From positions 31,248,001-31,312,000 of the forward strand of contig NC_043012.1 of the NCBI RefSeq assembly GCF_006345805.1: 64,000 nucleotides of DNA, given 5' to 3'. Origin of the DNA: Octopus sinensis (Eukaryota). The translations under genes were made by a program, and so were the position numbers. The notes under the pieces were generated by a model. That model was not told the DNA's origin, ran no database searches, and was given only the letters and a program-made list of their open reading frames with translations. Below, piece after piece: positions 13,083 to 25,759 of the stretch. Numbering within the stretch: the stretch's first letter is position 1; each line of letters opens with the position of its first letter.

Positions 13083-14409
13083 TATGTACTGTAATATATA
13101 CTTAAAATACGAAAAAAAAAGAAACAATGTGTCATCGCTTCAAAATGCTTTGAAATTTCACTGAAAATCTTTTAATGAATTTTACTTAATTTCATCCAAA
13201 TGCTTTCTATATATTTACTCTCCTCTCTTTTTCTTCTAAAATCCTTTGTCTTCTTACCCCTTTTTTCCTTCTTTCATCGTCTCTCTTTCATCGTATCTGA
13301 TTGTAAAGCTAACGTCACCTTTATTTCCTGCAGCTTTTCTCTTGTTCAAGACAAGTTTTCTAATGAAGATCTACAGGAACCATTGCATGTTAAGCAGCCA
13401 TTTCTTACCCGTTGTAAATTCTATGAAATGGACGCGAAAGCGTAAATAAGACACTCCTTCTTCGGCCATATTCACTTGTATAACTGAATGAACAAAGCTT
13501 TCATATACACTTTAGTAATTGTTGTAAGTGATTTACTGAATGAAACACCGAGGAATTAGTATTCGTATGTGCATGCAATTATCGCCACTGCTAACTTCTC
13601 AAACGTATAACCACATATTTGTAACTACACAGAATTACTGTCTGGAATAACAATTTCGACTCTCCTGGATTACCATCTTGGATTTCATCGGATCCATTTT
13701 AATCCATCTGCATACAGACTATCTTTTGCTCGTTCAGCGAAGCACATACACAAAAAATAGTAATACATAAATAGACTCATACGCACCATGCAACACGTAC
13801 ACACGCACAGGCCTTGTCCTCTTCTATTGTCCCTCTTTTTCACACCTTCTTTCTCTCACATATGCACACATATACACTTATACACAATCATTGGCGCTCA
13901 CAGACACACACACACTCTCTCTCTCTTTCTTTCTTTCTCACTCTTGTATATTCCGAGAGACTTACAGACGGGAATATAAATGGCAGACTTAAACATAAAA
14001 TCCCCGGCAGACTTAAACATAAAAACGATAATAGAACATTTATAGAAGACATTTTAGATTAAGAATGATTTAAGCAAATACAAAGCCAGATCAAAGTGCT
14101 ATCAAATATATTTCCTAAGAACGTGTCATACCTGGAGCAGGCTATGAACCCAAGACCTACGAACCAATATTATTGCACATATTCACTTCGATTATTATCC
14201 CTTCTGAACTTTACACAAAATAATTCTTTTCTTGCTTTGGTATGAACGTTATTGCTGTTTTGCTATGCGACGTAAATTAACACTGTATTTAATATTTATT
14301 TAATATTTTAGAAAGACCGACGTATCTTCGGAAATGACGTAAGTCGAAACGACTTAACCAGAGATATATGTGTATATTAATATTTAATTAACATATACGT
14401 CGTTTTCTA

Positions 14410-14625
14410 AGGCTGCGAGCTGGCAGAATCGTTAGTGTACCGGGCAAAATACCGTTAGGTATTTTGTCCGTCTTTACGCTCCGAGTTCGTATTTCACCGA
14501 GGTCGACTTTGCCTTTTATTCTTCGGGGTCGATAAAATAAGTTCCAGTTGAGGACTGGAGTCAATGTAAATAACTTAACCCCTCCTCCAAAATTGCTGGC
14601 CTTGTGCCAGAATTTGAAATCAATA
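14410..14625 (+). mobile_element. SINE family A (old tail)
   Basis: aggctgcgagctggcagaatcgttag..gaggtcgactttgcc..aaattgctggccttgtgccagaatttgaaatc. Confidence 0.85.
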
Positions 14626-15029
14626 TATGCGGCATTCTCGAGTACTCCAGTAATTTCATCAACTGAACTGAATTAATTTTGAATTAGAGTGTAAGTAGCT
14701 GAGTATTCCGAAGACAAGTGTATCTTTGGAATGCAGCCAGTGACAAGGCTAATTTGGTTGTTTACATGTACAATAAAGAGTACGGTTTTCTACACACTTT
14801 CCGTTTTCCCAATTCTACTCTAAGACTTAAGTTCATGAGACACTGCTTCAAGACAGCACTCCAAAGGATTGAACCCGGGATTCCATGACCTCGAAGCGAA
14901 TTTACCAACAATTCGGTAACACCTGCACCCTAATAAAAGCAAAATGACAGCACGTAATACGGATAGCTTGGGAGAAAATAGTTAAGTGAATTATATATAT
15001 GTATACATATATATATATATATATATATA

Positions 15030-15215
15030 GTTAAAGTTAATCCAAACAAGAAAACAGAAAAAAAGAGAAAAAAGAGAGAAAAAAACACAGCAACGCAGGA
15101 CGTGGAACAATTAAAGTATTATTGACGCTCAGGAAAGAAGGGAAGGAGGGTTTAAGGTTTCGAGCGGAGCTCTTCGTCGGAAACAAGGAGAAGGAAAGAT
15201 CCCAAGGAGGGAAGA
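15030..15215 (-). mobile_element. PLE-like non-autonomous repeat end with hammerhead core (family H1)
   Basis: Minus strand 15150-15184: gttt-CCGACGA-A-GAGC-tcc-GCTC-GAAAC-ctt-aaac. Homologous to 60876-61050; abuts (TA)n. Confidence 0.65.
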
Positions 15216-15477
15216 CAGAGGAGACAATATTTGAGCTGGTGGTGCTTAAGAGATCACATGTTGAAAGAACAGAATTTGAAGGTAGTTGAAAAATGGTTTT
15301 ATAGTGCAAGAGAGTTCCAAAAAAAGGGAATGCCTATGTGTGTGTGTGTGTGGTGTGTGTGTGTGTGTGTGTGTGCAAGATGACAAGTGTGTTTGTGCGT
15401 GCGTGTGTGTGTGTGTATTTTTGGTGAATAAAGGTAATGACAAAGCCAATACATATATATATATATATATATATACA

Positions 15478-15697
15478 CTCTTTACTCTCTTTTACTCTTT
15501 TACTTGTTTCAGTCATTTGACTGCGGCCATACTGGAGCACCGCCTTTAGTCGAGCAAATCGACCCCGGGACTTATTCTTTGTAAGCCCAGTACTTATTCT
15601 ATCGGTCTCTTTTTTTCGCTAAGTGACGGGGACGTAAACATACCAGCATCGGTTGTCAAGCAATGCTAGGGGGACAAACACAGACACATAAACACAG

Positions 15698-15744
<47 letters not shown>

Positions 15745-15907
15745 CGACAGGCTTCTTTCAGTTTCCGTCTACCAAATCCACTCACAAGGCATTGGTCGGC
15801 CCGGGGCTATAGCAGAAGACACTTGCCCAAGATGCCACGCAGTGGGACTCAACCCGGAACCATGGGGTTGGTTAGCAAACTACTTACCACACAGCCACTC
15901 CTGCGCC

Positions 15908-15908
<1 letters not shown>
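15478..15908 (-). mobile_element. SINE family B, full length, in a (TA)n context
   Basis: Tail ttttactcttttacttgtttcagtcatttgactgcggcc, internal (CA)(TA), head ..cttaccacacagccactcctgcgcc. Confidence 0.9.
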
Positions 15909-15943
<35 letters not shown>

Positions 15944-17060
15944 ATGGAATGAATTTGGATGAAAATCTTAATGAGTGAATATTGTATGGAAATATTTCTT
16001 AATTCTGAAGAGGAAATTTTAAATTAAAATATTTTTCGTTCAAAGCATTTAGAACGCCATCCCATAAATTCTACTAAGTGAACCTTACTAAAATATAAAA
16101 ACGAGAATTCACATCAAAATCCTTTCCTGATTGATAAAACAACGATAAGGCAATTGATTAAGACAGATATAACATTCATGATGATGATTAGCTAAAATAA
16201 AATATATAAAAAAAGTGATAAGGAGCATTACCAAAGAATTTTTAGATGTTTCGAAACGTCGGTGGACCTTTGAATCATATTGTAATATTTCAAGCAAAAT
16301 TGTTTGCAAAGAAATATAAAAGAAACCATTGCAAAAAATTCAAGACTTGGGTATAATGAGATTTTCAATATTACATGTTGAAATGGATATCCGCCTTTCT
16401 ATAATAGACATATATTTATAGAATGTAAGGTGGTGTTTATCGTTCTCAGCTTTACAAGAAATTCGCCATTATCATCATGATGTCATAGAATAAAGGAAAT
16501 AGTTGGAATCATTTTTCGTTAATTTCTTCTCCTCTTCCTCACCCACCGATCTTCTTATTCTTGCTATTTTTCTTCTTCTTTGGTTATTTTCCTCTCACTT
16601 CCCCACCTCGCTATTATCCGCCATGTAACAATACTTGCTATAATGTAAAGCTGGTCACAACTATTACAAAATAAATGATTGCTGGAATACAAATACAAGG
16701 GATGCATAAATTGCATAGAAGACTGTAAATGCATCTTATCAATTGCTTGGAGGCCGCCTAAACGGCATTAATTATAGTTTCAGGTGGCAACATTTCGAAG
16801 TATGCCAACAGGTAGTGTATGATGTTGCAACATTGTCAGAAAGTTAAGTAATACTAGAGAAATCCATTCTTATAAGTAAGCTCTTATATCGTTAGCTTCC
16901 ACCACAGATGAATAAAGAAATATGAACACAGAAACTGAAATCTACAGGCGCAGGAAGAGTAAAGTAAAATTTGAGTATTATTTTTCCTTAAGTAGAAAAA
17001 AAAAATTATTGTGACGTTATCGTAGTAGTTGGAGTTGTATACTAGTGTAAATTAGTTAAG

Positions 17061-17184
17061 ACTAGTAGTATAACCCGGCCTTGCTCGGGATTAAGTTACG
17101 ATTATTAAGGTAAACAAGTTCTTTATTTCAAACCAAACTAAGTAATATATAGACGTCAAATTTGGCGAAATCCATTGAAATTAG

Positions 17185-17250
<66 letters not shown>

Positions 17251-18123
17251 CGGGAAGCTTTATGAAAATAAACAAAAGACGAAGGCAGGTGGAAAACAAA
17301 CGAACAATTGTATATATATATATATCATATATATTATATATATCATATATAAAAATATATAATTTTTTATATATATTATGTTATATTACTTTATATTGTA
17401 TTATATAACAATTACAATATATTTATATTTAAAATAAATATATTGTAATTGTTGTGTGAGAAAGTATATATACTATGATTATAAAATATAGTGTCTTTCA
17501 AAAACAAAAACAGAACATTTTACATTTTATTTTTATGAACGTCATAACTTACTCTCTCTCTCACTCCCTTCCTCTCTCACTTTGTCTTTCCCGTGAAACT
17601 CTCTGCCTCCTTCTTCCACTTTTCTTTATCTTATTTTTTTTGTTAAACGCTGGCAAAAACGTTGTCATTTACTCTATATCTCTCCCTCTCTCAATTTGTC
17701 TTTCCTGTGAAACTCTCTGCCTCCTTCTCCCACTTTTCTTTATCTTATTTTGTTTGTTAAATGCTGGCAAAAACGTTGTCATTTACTCTATGTCTCTCCC
17801 TCTCTCACTTTGTCTTTCCCGTGAAACTGTCTGCCTCCTTCTTCCACTTTTCTTTATCTTATTATTTTTTTTTTGCTAGACGCTGGCAAAAAAGTTAAGG
17901 CTAATATTTTTTGTGGCTAAAAGCTATGTCTGAAAATAGATATTTACGCTACCCAAGGGTGCCTCGGGATAAAAATAAGTTGACAAAATACAGATAGGAT
18001 GTTGATAAATGTCCTCCTAAAATTTGAGCGACATGCGTGCTAATTTGTGGACGTGCATAAATTACAATCACGTACACGCACGCACACACACACGCACACA
18101 CATTCTCCCTTTTATAGATATGA
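17061..18123 (+). mobile_element. Lep1-like non-autonomous Helitron-type element
   Basis: 5' ACTAG + subterminal palindrome cccggccttgctcggg; 3' aaatttgagcg..(CA)n..cattctcccttttatagata. Same plan as 53642 and 60469. Confidence 0.55.
17545..17905. repeat. 114-bp tandem repeat, ~3 copies
   Basis: tttgtctttcc(c/t)gtgaaact recurs at 17581, 17695 and 17809. Confidence 0.9.
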
Positions 18124-18444
18124 TAAATATTAAATAAATTTGTGAGTATTTGACTAGGTTAACTTATGTACTCTTTTAGCTAAAACAGTTCAAATTAAAA
18201 TTAACTATTTGGAAAATATTAAAAAACTTTTCTATATGGACGCTCGCATTTTGTCGCTAATTCGTATCGGCAGTTTAATAATTTGCATTCAGATTTAAGG
18301 ATATGGAATATTTCTTCAAAGCAGAGATCCCATTTCCGATTCCTATTAGTATATGGTAACGCACAACCAATGGTTCAACATTGAATGTCATATTTGGTGT
18401 CTCATTCCCTTTTAAAGTTCAAACGAACCCACTCAAACTTGTAC

Positions 18445-18695
18445 TTGTCTTTTATCTTTTACTTGTTTCGGTCATTAGACTGCGGCCATGCTGGGGCATC
18501 ACCCTGAAGAAATTTAATCTAATGTAACATCACTAGTATTTATTTTTTTAAAAGCCGAGTCGAACAACTGAGTTACAAGGGCATAAACACACCATCACCG
18601 GTTGTCAAGCGGCCGAAGGGTGAGGCAAACATAAACACACTAAGTATATATATATAATATATATATATATATTATATATATATATATATATATAC

Positions 18696-18741
<46 letters not shown>

Positions 18742-18885
18742 ACAGGCTTCTTTCAGTTTCCGTCTACCAAACCCATTCACAAGGCCCAAAGCTACACTAA
18801 AAGACACTTGTTCAAGGTGCCACGCAATGGGACAAAACCCGGAACCATGTGGTTGGGAAGCAAGCTTCTTATCACACAGCTACGC
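18445..18885 (-). mobile_element. SINE family B
   Basis: Homologous to 15478-15908, with an expanded internal (TA)n. Confidence 0.85.
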
Positions 18886-18964
18886 TTTTTACTGTTCCTT
18901 TTTACTCTATTCTTGAAAGGGATTACCTAATCTTCTTTTAAAGTTTGAAAAACATGAAACTATG

Positions 18965-19010
<46 letters not shown>

Positions 19011-19069
19011 TTATATATATATATATATGTATAACATGTATGTATGCATGCATGTATGTATGTGTGTGT

Positions 19070-19275
19070 GTGCGTGCTTTTATGTGAGTGTGTTGACAAC
19101 TGGTGTTGGTGTGTTAACGTCCCCATAACATAGGGGTTCGACAAAAGAGAGCGATAGAGTGAGTTCCCGGTTTAAAAAAGTAAGAGCCGGTGTCGATTCG
19201 CTCGACTAGAATCCTTAAAGGCAGCGTCCCAGTATGACCGTTGTCTGATGACTGAAACAAGTAGAAGCAAAAGAA
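19070..19275 (+). mobile_element. SINE family B 3' half
   Basis: ttgacaactggtgttggtgtgttaacgtcccc..gatgactgaaacaagtagaag. Confidence 0.75.
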
Positions 19276-19633
19276 AAGAAGTGTGATATTACACAGACAC
19301 ACACACACACACGCACGCACGCACACACATACACACACACACACACAACACACATACACACACGTATACATGGATTACATTGACTTCCGTTATCCTTAAT
19401 TACTAATGCACGGCAGGTGGCCATGAGTCTACGTCATTGAACAAATTGTCGTCCATGCCAGTAAAAGGGAGCACGCTTTCAACACGTCACTGAAAATGGT
19501 AAGCGTTAAACATCTAATAACTTCACAACTGATATATGGCTTAACAAATAATCACATCAATTGCTACACCTGCGATTCGCAATAACATTGGAGTTGTTCT
19601 TATCAAACTGAGCGCAATATTGAGAAGTAAATT

Positions 19634-19690
<57 letters not shown>

Positions 19691-19734
19691 ATATATATAT
19701 ATATACAGATCGCCATGTTGATTCGCTAGCTTCT

Positions 19735-19925
19735 GCACGCATTTTTTTTCTTTCCTTGTTTTCTTCCGTGTTTCTTTTCTGTGTATCTTTCTGTTGAAGA
19801 GCGTAGGCTCGAACGTAAAAGACTTGTTTTATTTATATCCTGAGCGCCATACAATACAATTGTTTGTTTGTATTCCACCTGCCTTCGTCTTTTGTTTATT
19901 TTCATAAAGCTTCCCGTTATATAAT
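19735..19925 (+). mobile_element. PLE-like non-autonomous repeat end with hammerhead-like core (family H3)
   Basis: 19786-19822: tcttt-CTGTTGA-A-GAGC-gtag-GCTC-GA(A)AC-GTA-aaaga, with a 5-bp stem I; ends in (TA)n. Relatives at 17248-17305 and 38125-38290. Confidence 0.6.
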
Positions 19926-19929
19926 ATAT

Positions 19930-19973
<44 letters not shown>

Positions 19974-20547
19974 CAAGAGTATACCAAGAGAGACAGAGAC
20001 AGGCAGAAACTAGGAAATGCCCACTTGTATTGAACACTATACAAATTTCTTTTAAAAAAACTTTTCTTTTAATTTTTTATAATTTAATTGTTTTCCATAC
20101 TTACAGTTGAAAAAGTCTCAATGACTGAAACCGGTACTGAATGTTTTTTATAAAATTATTTTAGCATTTTCTATCTTGAATTTTTTCTATATATATATAT
20201 ATATATCTTTCTCTGTTTCTCCCTTTCCCTCTTTTCTTCACAACGAAAGAACTAAGCACACGAAAGACTTCCCCCGAGTGGAATTCTTCAAAATAGTTTT
20301 GCTTTTCTCCTAAAATAATCTCAGCTACTTCTTGGCTGGAATGATTCAACTAAATCGAAATACCAGTTATGTTCGAATATTAAGGATTTCATAGCTAAAA
20401 AAAGAAGAAAGTCAAATTCAACAAATGCATGAAAATACATACGTACAAACACACGTGCATACATATATGCATGCAGACATACATACTCACACGCATACAT
20501 ACTCGCACACATACACACACGCACACACACACACACACGCACACACA

Positions 20548-20603
<56 letters not shown>

Positions 20604-21218
20604 CATACATACATACACACACAACACAAACATACATACATATTCATTTTGTTTTTATGTTCAGCTAGATGTAAAATACTACATCCTCTCAAAGACGAAA
20701 GAAAAAATAATGTAGTGTAATCACTCTTTTGACAAACTTTTCAATCTTAGTACAAGAAAAATGTATTAAATAAGGGAAATCTTAGAGTGAAACAAATATT
20801 AATCAATAACGTGTTCCATAATAGTATAATAACTAAGAATGTAATAGAAAATGAACATATATGCCCGCACAGATATAACAAACAGACCACATAGTAAAAT
20901 GTCACATGGTATATCGCATGAACTAAATGCATCCTACCTACAGAATGAATGAGTACATCATTAAAATTTAATAAAACACACAACATGTACAACTTCTAGC
21001 AATTATTAGGATAGATTAAAACACCAGAATGAAAGATAATTGGAGGCTACAGAACCTAATTCAGACCGACGTACTATACTCGTTTAAATGTAAACAAGAA
21101 TGCTGTAAAGTTCATGGTTAAGTTGCTTATATATATATATATATATTATATATATATATATATATTATATTAAATTAATATATATATATATATATATACT
21201 TCATCGGATGATTATGTA

Positions 21219-21782
21219 TTGGGTTGTCCGGAAAGTTCGTGCCGATTTTTAAGGAAAGAAAAAGGTCAATAAATACTTGTCACTGCATTTTTAATCAACC
21301 AAATATGAACCATTTTGTTGCACAATGCGTCTCCATCTTTCCTTTAACCTGAAAATACCCTCTTCCCAGAATTGAGGTGGTTTCACGGCAACGAATTCAT
21401 CAAGGTATCTTTTTACGTCATCTACGGAATTGAAATTTTTACCATTATGACTATTCTGCAGAGACATGCATAAGTAGAAATCCGAAGGAGCAATATCTGG
21501 TGAATAAGGAGGGTGGGGTAACACATCTCAGCCAAGCTGCAGCAATTTTTGTCTGGTTCCCAAAGCATCAAGTGCTGAAAATGAACTTTTTATCTTCCAT
21601 TTTAAAGGGTGACAAAATTAACACAGGTTATAGGAACATAAATCTTCTTCGACGAAAAGATAGCTTAAACTGTGCTCTAAATGGAGATGTAGTCAAATCC
21701 TATTTTATGGATTCAACTATGTTCTAAAATAAGTTGAAAGGTAAGCTACTATAAATCGGCACGAACTTTCCGGACAACCCAA
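21219..21782 (-). mobile_element. Internally deleted mariner with perfect 30-bp TIRs and TA TSD
   Basis: TIR ttgggttgtccggaaagttcgtgccgattt at both ends; transposase C-terminus LPHPPYSPDIAPSDFYL..RWRRIVQQNGSYLVD (21291-21524). Confidence 0.95.
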
Positions 21783-21787
21783 TAATT

Positions 21788-22200
21788 ATGAGAGTCGGCT
21801 GAAAAGTTCATAAGCTGACTCAGATACTCTCATGGAATGTGAGCAAATGAGGTTTATTTTTCAACATAGACTCATTTGCGGTACACACACTTCTTTCATC
21901 GGTGTTGTAGTACTTGAGTCCCATTAGTACAGAAGCTTTCATCCAGTTGGGAAAAAAAAATCATAAACAGTAGATATCGACACCCTCACAATGAGACTGG
22001 TTACTAGTCAAATGTTTTTTCATGCTTGGGAACAGAAAATAGTCGAATAGGGCGAAATTAAGAGAATAAGAAGAGTTGAAATTAATGTATGGAAGATTTC
22101 ACAGCTCTGGCATCACCCTTTCATAGCCTATGAATCTTTCAGTCCACCATCGTGCAACAAAGGATCATTCCAATATCTTACAAACTGTAGACGATATGTA
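21788..22200 (-). mobile_element. Second mariner relic (transposase C-terminus + one TIR)
   Basis: TIR-like tatgagagtcggctgaaaagttc; minus strand SYSLNFALFDYFLFPSMKKHL and LQHR*KKCV..YVEK. Confidence 0.7.
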
Positions 22201-22309
22201 ATTAGAGAATAACCATCAGTCGACTGCAGTACCATTTGATATTCAATTCAACACACACACACACACACACACACACAACACCACAACACACACACACCAC
22301 ACACACACA

Positions 22310-22377
<68 letters not shown>

Positions 22378-22489
22378 CTTTGAAAGCTTTATTAGTAAAG
22401 AAAGTAAAGAAATCAACAGAGACGCAACCCACTGAAACAAATTATGAAGGGAAATTGGCGTTAACTCATCATCTATGTTGTTAACATTC

Positions 22490-23140
22490 CATTCAAATAT
22501 TGGTCTCAAATTTTGGTACAAGGCTAGCTATTTTTCAGGAGAGGTTAAATCATTTATATTGACCGCAGTACTTAAGTGGTGCTTTATTTTATCGACCTCG
22601 AAGGGATGAAAGGCAAAGTCAACGTCGGCGAAATTTGAACTTAGAACGTAATCTGACGGAAGAAATACCTATTTCTTTACTACCCACAAGGGACTAAACA
22701 CAGAAAGGATAAACAAGGACAGACAAACGGATTAAGCCGATTATATCGACCCCAGTGCGTAACTGGTACTTAATTTATCAACCCCGAAAGGATGAATGTC
22801 AAAGTCGACCTCGGCGGAAGTTGAACTCAGAACGTAACGGCAGACGAAATACCACTAAGCATTTTGTCCGATGTGCTAACGTTTCTGCCCGCTCACCACT
22901 TTCACTTTACAGTCTATTATTGGGACGAAAAAAGATATTGATTTAAAATTTTGGCACAAGGTCAGGAAGTTGGGGGCAGCAATTTACATCGATCCCAGCG
23001 CTCAACTCTTTTTATCGAACTCGAAATGATGACAGGCAAAGTCGACCTCGGCAGAATTTGATCTCAGATCAAAAGGACGGACGAAATACCTCTAAGCATT
23101 TTGCCGGGTTGCTATCAATTCTGCCCTTTCGCCGCCTTTA
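22490..23140 (-). mobile_element. Cluster of three SINE family A units (old, young, old)
   Basis: Young tail joined at 22669 to an old-type headless unit; the third unit (22942-23140) lies between 22-bp direct repeats. Confidence 0.85.
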
Positions 23141-23749
23141 TATTCAATTCAGTCATTGGGACGAAAGAAGATATTGAAACCTGAATGGATTTAGAAATGC
23201 CGTTGTTCCAAACTTAACATAAAGGATTCATAAGGAATATGAAAAATCTTTACAAAAAGAGATTAAATTTAAACAGCCATGGTTTTAATACGAAACGCAT
23301 ACACACGCTCATGCGTGCTCACACAGAGAATACATATATGATATATAAGTATACATGTATACATAGTTATACAGAAACTTGTACGCGTGCGCATATACAC
23401 CCATGAAAATGTATCATTAATATCATTTTATTGTGAAGTGAAATAACAGTTCTGAAGGCGAAAATCCTTTTATATTTCTTTATGAAATTTGTTTTTCCGT
23501 TCCACTCCCAACGCATTACTTTATTCGTTTATATTCTAAATAGCCTAATTGTCCTCCATAAACATGAATATATTTATTGAGTGAAATATGCGTCAATGTA
23601 TTGCAGGTGGAAATTTTGAAAGTAATTGCTCCATGAACTAACAAAAAGGGATGCATGTTTGTATAAAAGCATCTCCCTCTCTCTTTGACTCTCGCCATAC
23701 ATACATACACATATTGTATGCACACATACATATGTACATACATACACAC

Positions 23750-23750
23750 A

Positions 23751-23834
<84 letters not shown>

Positions 23835-23855
23835 CATCCATCTATCTATCCATCC

Positions 23856-23916
<61 letters not shown>

Positions 23917-23990
23917 GCTATCTGTCTGTCTGTCTGTCACTCTGTTTATCTATCTATCTGTCTGTCTGTCTATCTCTCTGTCTATCTATC
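23750..23990. repeat. (TATC)n microsatellite
   Basis: Directly visible. Confidence 0.95.
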
Positions 23991-24041
23991 TACAGTCGTA
24001 TTCATAGATGCCTACGATTTTGGGACACGCACATGCATGCA

Positions 24042-24113
<72 letters not shown>

Positions 24114-24574
24114 GAAGATAGGAATATGTGGGGAGTGAAAGGTGAAGAAGAAAATGAAAATGAATGAGAAAAATGACTACAAGTGTAAAAGAGGAAATGA
24201 GAAAAAATATATGAAATATAAAGTTGTGATGTGAATGATGCAATGATGGTTGAATAAAACAGGTGGTGATAGGGGGAGATAAGTTACGAAGAGGGAGCGG
24301 GGTTTATGTGGTTTACATAGTTTGTTTTATGATGCAAGCTTTTATGTTACATGTTACTAGTTACGAAATGATGCATATTGCATGATAGGGGATGAACGAT
24401 ATACATGATGCGTAGTCAGAATTAAAGGACAAGAAAATAATGGAGCGAGATGAAGAAGAGACAAGTGTAATAGGAAGGTTCTTGAAAGTGCTTGATTCTA
24501 GATGTCCATTGACTCGGTTTCAAGTTCTGGTCACAGGTTGTTGAAATGAGACATATCAGATAGACAGAAAGAAA

Positions 24575-24900
24575 GAAAGATATGTTTTTATTATGGCCAC
24601 ACAGGGCTAAACATTAAAAAATAGACGAAATACAATGTGCAGTTTTTCTTTTCGAGGTGGGATGGGTGGGACACACAAAGAAAAAGTTCGATCACTAGGG
24701 ATCTTTGGGTTATGTGGTGTATGAAAAAGAGATATATAAAGTTCCCCCCAAAAGATATTTTTCACAGTTTAGGTGTAGCCTTGGAAAGAAAAACCTACAA
24801 AAAAGACCAAGGTCACCTCAGACAGTTCAAAATGTACACAAGAGTAAGTACCTTTTCTCTCGTTGTCTCTTATTGTTACAGATTTATGCTTAGATAGATA
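24575..24900 (-). mobile_element. Putative LINE 3'-end fragment flanked by TATC/TTTC repeats
   Basis: Shares gatccct..tgatcgaa and agccctgtgtggcca with 48480-48750. Confidence 0.5.
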
Positions 24901-25340
24901 GATAGGTAGATAGACAAATAAAATACTCAAGTAAAATTTACGAGCAAGCAAATAATTTCAAGTTAAACAAATAAAACTGAATGAAAAAAATGTAGAACAC
25001 TGAAAAGAAATGAAAACAATAAACGAAAGAGTGTAATGGAAATTTTAAAAAGCCAAAATGAGAGAATTAGATGAAAATGTAACTGTGAAAGTACAACTAA
25101 CTGTTGTCTTTCCCAAAATACTTCTTGAAAGGATGAACTAGAGTAAAGCGTTGGTGTATCACTTACTGATGTTATTGAAAAAAACATACAAGGCCCGATA
25201 CGTGCAACGTAACTAATCGTTAAAAAATAAGAACAAATGTGATCCCTCTTCATTGAACAAAAAAAAAAGTACCTATCAGCTGAAGGATCAAAGAATACAG
25301 AAATTTGCAATAAAATGGAATATAGACGAAAACATATACC

Positions 25341-25759
25341 TATTTCTTTACTACTCACAAGGGGCTAAACACAGAGAGGACAAACAAGGCCAGAAAAACG
25401 GATTAAGTCGATTATATCGACCGCAGTGCGTAACTGGTACTTATTTTAATCGACCCCGAAAGGATGGAAGGCAAAGTCAACCTCGGCGGAATTTGAACTC
25501 TGAACGTAGCGGCAGACGAAATACCTGTTTCTTTACTACCCACAAGGGGCTAAACACAGAGAGGACAAACAAGGACAGACAAACGGACTAAGTCGATTAT
25601 ATCGACTCCAGGGCGTAACTGGTACTTATTTTAATCGACCCCGAAAGGATGAAAGGCAAAGTCGACCCCGGCGGAATTTGAACTCAGAACGTAACGGCAG
25701 ACGAAATACCGCTAAGCATTTCGCCTGGTGTGCTAACGTTTCTGCCAGCTCGCTGCCTT
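25341..25759 (-). mobile_element. SINE family A head-to-tail dimer within one TSD pair
   Basis: 21-bp TSD atatagacgaaaacatatacc at 25320-25340 and 25760-25780; internal junction at 25525/25526. Confidence 0.9.

Noticed and set aside
14305-14410. Nested hairpins with GAAAC (aagtc-gaaac-gactt) as a hammerhead
   Set aside because: GAAA lies in a hairpin loop and there is no CUGANGA in register.
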